Under the pieces are notes generated by a model. That model was not told where the DNA came from. It was given only the letters and a program-made list of their open reading frames with translations, and did no database searches. The translations under genes and the position numbers were made by a program. A stretch of 64,000 bases of DNA from positions 162,612-226,611 of the forward strand of contig CAVRNT010000001.1 in the NCBI GenBank assembly GCA_963722655.1, written 5' to 3'. Positions within the stretch are counted from its first letter, which is position 1, and each line of letters begins with the position of its first letter. Origin of the DNA: an uncultured bacterium (GTDB taxonomy: Bacteria; Patescibacteriota; Minisyncoccia; UBA6257; GWB1-50-10). Below, piece by piece: positions 59,356 through 64,000 of the stretch.

Positions 59356-59489
59356 TTATGGATATTAAAGGAGATTCTAGTGTATTCAAAAACTTGCCCT
59401 TTTCGCCCACTTATCGCCTTGTAGCGCCCTTTTAGTTATCAACTCGACTATCCTGGACGCCCTAGCGGGGTTGCGTCATCCCTTGTGGC

Positions 59490-59999
59490 ATGACCAACCA
59501 AAGTAAGGGGTCGGCAGGAGCGGCGACCCGAGTAAGCCAACCGCTCCCAGTAAAGGTCGCGTACTGCCTCTACGCGAGGAAGAGCACGGAAAGCGAGGAA
59601 CAGCAGGTCCTCTCGATCGAGAGCCAGGTGAAGGAAATGCTCCAGATTGCCGAGCGGGACGGGCTCGTAATCACCGAGATCAGGAAGGAGAGTCACTCGG
59701 CCAAGGCGACCGGGGAGCGGGAGGTGTTCAACGGGCTCCTGAAGGACATCAAGGGCGGCAAGTTCAACGGCATCCTAACCTGGGCTCCTGACCGCCTGAG
59801 CCGGAATGCAGGTGACCTCGGGTCGCTGGTCGACCTCATGGATCAGAAGCTCCTCATCGAGATACGGACCTTCAGCCAGAAGTTCACCAATAGCCCGAGC
59901 GAGAAGTTCATGCTCATGATCCTCTGCTCAACGGCCAAACTCGAGAATGACAATAAGTCCGAGAACGTGAAGCGAGGCCTCCGAACCCGGTGTGAGCAG
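59490..59999 (+). pseudogene. Large serine recombinase truncated by IS
   Basis: YARKSTE..Q..SIESQ, DRLSRN, SENVKRG; cut at 60000 with no remainder on the other side of the IS. Confidence 0.88.
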
Positions 60000-60016
60000 T
60001 GGCAATACCCCCAAAG

Positions 60017-60826
60017 TTAAGACACTTTTTCGACAAGTTTTTGGTAACGTTCTGCGAATAAGAGTGGTGGCATCTTGAGGATGGAATGAATCCTCTGGTG
60101 ATTGTAATGCCAGACAAGGCGATGAATCTCATAGACCAGTTCTCCCAACGTCTTGAATCTCTCCGGGTCTCCCAGGTCCACTTTGAATTTGTCATAGAAA
60201 GACTCTTGGTATCCGTTTTCCCAGGGAGAGGCTTTTGCGCTCCGGGATATCCGGATGCCAAACTCCATGAGAGTTCCTTCAAAGACCTTGGATCCATATT
60301 CTCTTCCGTTGTCCGAATGAAAGATGTTCGGCCTGGGATGGAACTCCACCGCAGAGAAGAAAGCTTGAAGAATCAATGGCACTGAATGAACATTCATCAC
60401 CGCGGAGCCCACAATCTCTCTCGTGAAGAGATCTAGTACGGTCGCCAGATACAGGAACTTTCCCTGATACGGAATGTACGTGAAGTCTGCCACCCAGATG
60501 TCATTGGGAAATCTCGGATAATTGGTTTTGAGGAGATTTGGGTACGGGGTTCTCGCCACGCCCATTTTTCTTGGCTTTCTTCCTCTTCTCCGATATGCCT
60601 TTATCCCGAAGAGTCTCATCACTCTCTGAGCTCTCTTCCGGTTCACATGAAGAGCGAGCGCCACTCTCGGGTAGCCGTAGCTCGGATCCTTCGAGAGCAC
60701 CTCCTCTATCTTTGTTTTGAGTTCCCAATCCTTTGGTATTTGCTTTGAGGCGTAGTACAGACTCGATCTCGAAATACCAAGCTCACGGGCCAGTGCTCGC
60801 TTCGTCTTCTTCTGCTTCTTGATCAA
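60017..60826 (-). CDS. IS3-family transposase OrfB
   Basis: DDE motifs; -1 overlap with orfA after CAAAAAAAG. Confidence 0.93.
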   Translation of the reverse strand: MIKKQKKTKRALARELGISRSSLYYASKQIPKDWELKTKIEEVLSKDPSYGYPRVALALHVNRKRAQRVMRLFGIKAYRRRGRKPRKMGVARTPYPNLLKTNYPRFPNDIWVADFTYIPYQGKFLYLATVLDLFTREIVGSAVMNVHSVPLILQAFFSAVEFHPRPNIFHSDNGREYGSKVFEGTLMEFGIRISRSAKASPWENGYQESFYDKFKVDLGDPERFKTLGELVYEIHRLVWHYNHQRIHSILKMPPLLFAERYQKLVEKVS

Positions 60827-61080
60827 CGCTTTTTTTGAGTCCGGGAGGAGGCAAGAGTGAGCTCGCCCACGAGAGCGAGAAGCTCATCGTTCTGGCGCTT
60901 GAGACGAACGAGTTCACCAATGGTGGGGTTGCCTTTCACTCCTCGTCCCAGCCAGTTGTATATGGTGGCGGGATTGAGACCGTGTTCTTTGGCAGCCTGA
61001 GCGACCGGTATGCCTTCTTCCTTGATCCTCTTCAATATCTGCTCCTTCACCTCGGGAGCGATGCGGTATGTTTTCTTCAT
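60823..61080 (-). CDS. IS3-family OrfA (HTH)
   Basis: VAQAAKEHGLNPATIYNW; ELVRLKRQN. Confidence 0.9.
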   Translation of the reverse strand: MKKTYRIAPEVKEQILKRIKEEGIPVAQAAKEHGLNPATIYNWLGRGVKGNPTIGELVRLKRQNDELLALVGELTLASSRTQKKR

Positions 61081-61136
61081 GACACAAGGTTATATTATCT
61101 TCGACCTTTGTGTCTAATATATGGGGTTAATGCCAC

Positions 61137-61475
61137 CACGCAAATCGAGGAGCCCCTCTTCAAGCATCGAAAGTTCGTGACGGGAACTTGTTAGCCTTTT
61201 ACAACGAAAAGAAACCGTCAACACACTATGACAAAATAGCAGTTTTCGCGTATTACATAAATGAAAACGGAAAGAAGGTTTTTTCGGAGAGCGACGTCAA
61301 GGGTTGTTATGACGAGCTGCGGCGAGTCACTAAAATACCTGGAAACTTACGGGTAACACTCCAGGACACAATTCGATATACTGGATATATCAAACGAGTG
61401 AAAAAGATGAATTACGAACTCACTTCCGCGGGCAGTAACTATGTCAACTTCCAATTACCCGGCAGTGTTAAGTGA
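61137..61475 (+). pseudogene. wHTH-like protein, probably 5'-truncated by the IS
   Basis: Frame of 61188-61475 is open back to the IS end; FYNEKKPSTHYDKIAVFAYY..YELTSAGSNYV. Confidence 0.55.
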
Positions 61476-62238
61476 GTTGAGAGCCCGTCTCAACGCGTTT
61501 CTCGAAAAGTTACCTACCCCTCTCGAGGACCTACCCGATAACTACTCTCGTATTGGGGTTTTTATTTACTTCCTCACAATTCTTGAGGGAGAAGGGGTAG
61601 CTCTGAAAAGTTCGATATTACAGCTCTTTGACCTCGCAGACATAAATAGACCAGCTAATGTAGACAGAGACTTCCGAGAGCTGCGGAGGGTAGGAAGAAT
61701 TATTCCTCTCGATGAGGGGTTCCGCCTTCATCGTCGGGAGCAAAGGAAAATTGAGGACGATATCAGGGGAAGACAGAAAACAGTAGACCTACGAAAGGAT
61801 CTTCTAGCGTTAACGAAAAAGATTCCAAACCAACTTGAGCGAGAGTTCATTGAAGAGGCAGTTCGATGTTTTGCGACAAGACCACCGTCTAAGCGCGCGA
61901 CTGTGGTTCTCACTTGGATAACCTGCGTTGACCACCTACAAAACTTCGTCTTGGGAAGTAGGAAAAACTTAACTAAATTCAACTCAGCGCTTATAACGAC
62001 GAAACAGAGGGTCCAAAGAATATCGAAAAAGGAGAACTTCTCAGACTTAGACGAAAGTGTGTTCATTCAAAAACTGAGAGAGGCGAGGCTTATCGATACG
62101 AATATCCACAAGCAATTAAACCGCCATCTCGGCTTCCGGGATTCGTGTGCCCACCCAAACACCTTTTATGTCTCCGATCCTGCTGTGGAGGCCTACATAG
62201 AAGACTCAATCAAAAATATCCTCGTGAAATTCAAGTGA
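61441..62238 (+). CDS. Putative HEPN-domain RNase with N-terminal wHTH-like region
   Basis: FIEEAVRCF..RATVVLTW and R-x4-H motif RDSCAHP. Confidence 0.7.
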   Translation: MSTSNYPAVLSELRARLNAFLEKLPTPLEDLPDNYSRIGVFIYFLTILEGEGVALKSSILQLFDLADINRPANVDRDFRELRRVGRIIPLDEGFRLHRREQRKIEDDIRGRQKTVDLRKDLLALTKKIPNQLEREFIEEAVRCFATRPPSKRATVVLTWITCVDHLQNFVLGSRKNLTKFNSALITTKQRVQRISKKENFSDLDESVFIQKLREARLIDTNIHKQLNRHLGFRDSCAHPNTFYVSDPAVEAYIEDSIKNILVKFK

Positions 62239-62413
62239 GATGTTAATTGAGGTACCCGCATCCACCGGTACCAAGTACTAACTGCGGACGGTGGTGATCT
62301 GGAAAAACAAAACGGCGATCGCTCGCCGTCTTGTTTTGCGCCCTTGCTTGGTGGGTTCTTAAGTCGCTCTAGCGAGGCGGGGACCCTTGTCCCTCCAACC
62401 TCGCCCTGGTCTG

Positions 62414-62487
62414 TGCCCTCGGCAGGAATTGAACCTGCAACCTCTTGGTTCGAAGCCAAGCACTCTATCCAATTGAGCTACGAGGGC
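62414..62487 (-). tRNA. tRNA-Arg(TCG)
   Basis: cttgg-CT-TCG-AA-ccaag. Confidence 0.92.
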
Positions 62488-62560
62488 GTTCGCTTCATTA
62501 TCGGCCGATGGGAGAAAAAAATAAACCCCGCGCTGGATTGCGGGGTTCAATAAACGAGAC

Positions 62561-62782
62561 TCAGGTTAATGGGATAGCTAACTGTTCTTCCTTGTAGAAT
62601 AGGTCGCCTTGTTGGCTATTCCGCTTCTCCATCGTCAACTTCAGTTTGGCGTTGGCGGTCAATCGCTCCACTCGGTCCTTGAATTCTTCCGGCGGGACTG
62701 GTGGATTAGCACGCAACATCGCATTTATCTCTTCCACCAACCCATTAATGATTTCGTCCGAATCCTTCATTTTTAACCCCAA
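62561..62782 (-). CDS. Small hypothetical protein
   Basis: 73-aa ORF followed by hairpin aaccccgc..gcggggtt. Confidence 0.45.
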   Translation of the reverse strand: MGLKMKDSDEIINGLVEEINAMLRANPPVPPEEFKDRVERLTANAKLKLTMEKRNSQQGDLFYKEEQLAIPLT

Positions 62783-62860
62783 TTTTTAGTTATCTGCCGG
62801 AAGCATAGACCCGAAGGAAGGAAATTTCAATATGCGACCGTTTCGGTTAGAATTAATCTG

Positions 62861-64000
62861 ATGAAGCCGAAGATACCGAAGGTCGTTCATGAGACCGGCG
62901 CCGTTTTGGGGAAGGCCGGCTTTAAGGCCTATCTCGTCGGCGGTTGCGTCCGCGACCTCTATCTCGGCCGGGAGCCGAAGGATTGGGACATCGCGACGGA
63001 CGCTTTGCCGGAGAAGATCCAAAAGCTCTTCCCCGAGAGCGTTTATGAAAATACGTTCGGGACCGTGGGGGTGAAGACGGATTCCAAGGATGAGCGTTTG
63101 AAGATAATCGAGATCACCACCTTCCGCTCCGAGGGCCGGTACACCGATAAACGCCACCCGGACGAGGTGAAGTTCGCGAAGACCATCGAAAAAGACCTCT
63201 CCCGCCGCGACTTCACGATCAACGCTATCGCGATGGACCTCGCCGACCCGAAGGAGGCGTTTATCGATCCCTATGGCGGGGAAGCGGACCTTAAAAAGAA
63301 AGTGATCCGCACAGTGCGCGAGCCGCGCGAACGCTTCAACGAGGACGCCTTACGATTGATGCGAGCCGTCCGTTTCGCAGTGGAGCTGGGGTTTGCGATA
63401 GACGGACTGACGCTCAAGGCCGTGAAGGAACAGGCAGGGCTCTTGGAAATGATCGCCAAGGAGCGCATCCGCGACGAGCTCGTTAAGATTGTGATGGCCG
63501 ACCGTGCGGCCGAGGGTATCATCCTCTTGGAGGACGTCGGTCTTTTGAAGTTCATCATCTCCGAGCTTAGGGAGGGGATCGGCTGCGGCCAGAACAAGCA
63601 CCACATCTATACCGTCTTCGAACACAACGTCCGTGCTTTGAACTACACCGCCGAGAAGGGCTACTCGCTCGTCGTCCGCCTCGCTGCCCTCCTCCACGAC
63701 GTGGGCAAGCCCCGTTCCAAACGGGGGGATGGCCCCGATTCCACTTTCCATGGCCACGAGGTCGTGGGCGCGCGGATGACCGTGAAGATAATGGACCGCC
63801 TGCGTTTCGGCAAGGAGATCGCGGATAAGGTCGTCCACCTCGTCCGCTGCCATCTTTTCTATTACAACGTGGGCGAAGTGACCGAGGCCGGCGTACGGCG
63901 CTTCCTCGTCCGGGTGAGGCCGGAGAATGTGGATGACCTCTTGAAGGTCCGCGAGGCCGACCGCATCGGCTCGGGCGTGCCCAAGGCCTTCCCGTACAAA
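62861..64000 (+). CDS. cca: CCA tRNA nucleotidyltransferase with HD domain (runs off window)
   Basis: AYLVGGCVRD..DWDIAT, DLSRRDFTINA, EDALRLMRAVRF, LLHDVGKP; missing from ORF track because it has no stop in the window. Confidence 0.93.
   Translation, partial: MKPKIPKVVHETGAVLGKAGFKAYLVGGCVRDLYLGREPKDWDIATDALPEKIQKLFPESVYENTFGTVGVKTDSKDERLKIIEITTFRSEGRYTDKRHPDEVKFAKTIEKDLSRRDFTINAIAMDLADPKEAFIDPYGGEADLKKKVIRTVREPRERFNEDALRLMRAVRFAVELGFAIDGLTLKAVKEQAGLLEMIAKERIRDELVKIVMADRAAEGIILLEDVGLLKFIISELREGIGCGQNKHHIYTVFEHNVRALNYTAEKGYSLVVRLAALLHDVGKPRSKRGDGPDSTFHGHEVVGARMTVKIMDRLRFGKEIADKVVHLVRCHLFYYNVGEVTEAGVRRFLVRVRPENVDDLLKVREADRIGSGVPKAFPYK

Larger units (their letters stand above)
60000..61135 (-). 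mobile_element. Complete IS3-family element (1136 bp)
   Basis: IRs TGGCATTAACCCCATATATTAGACAC / TGGCAATACCCCCAAAGTTAAGACAC; orfA/orfB with A7 run at the overlap; no target-site duplication. Confidence 0.93.
54835..62419. mobile_element. Degraded genomic island integrated at the 3' end of tRNA-Arg(TCG)
   Basis: tctgtgccct at 54835-54844 and 62410-62419 (overlaps tRNA 3' end); lower GC; serine recombinase; IS. Confidence 0.7.

Noticed and set aside
59994-61141. Target-site duplication of the complete IS, or reciprocal TSDs between the two copies
   Set aside because: Flanks do not match in either pairing.

Overview
This is a chromosomal segment that looks like a Patescibacteria/CPR (Parcubacteria-like) genome using the standard genetic code. 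The inference rests on short MetG and IF2, a complete type IV pilus locus, FN3-rich secreted proteins and 16 scattered tRNA genes. The housekeeping backbone (metG, leuS, tyrS, infB, rbfA, clpP, ligA, gatCA, single-chain PheRS, recG, cca) is interrupted by two tRNA-flanked islands. Island 1 (~10.9-17.8 kb) holds a complete diversity-generating retroelement (DGR): an RT, an avd gene inverted relative to RT and TR, a 127-bp TR with a long structured leader, and two tandem target genes. Their VRs differ from TR only at TR adenines (21 and 17 changes by manual alignment). Island 2 (54835-62419) is bounded by a 10-bp repeat of the tRNA-Arg(TCG) 3' end. It carries a truncated serine recombinase, an IS3-family element and two uncharacterised candidate defence modules: a small regulator + GHKL ATPase + hypothetical operon, and a wHTH + HEPN pair. 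A second, truncated copy of the IS splits a pilin from its Cys-rich C-terminal domain, and two pilins share an identical 145-bp N-terminal block. Most genes appear leaderless (TAnnnT 6-8 nt before the start), whereas three accessory genes share a distinctive promoter-hairpin-boxA-like-SD leader. All calls come from manual reading; no searches or folding programs were run.
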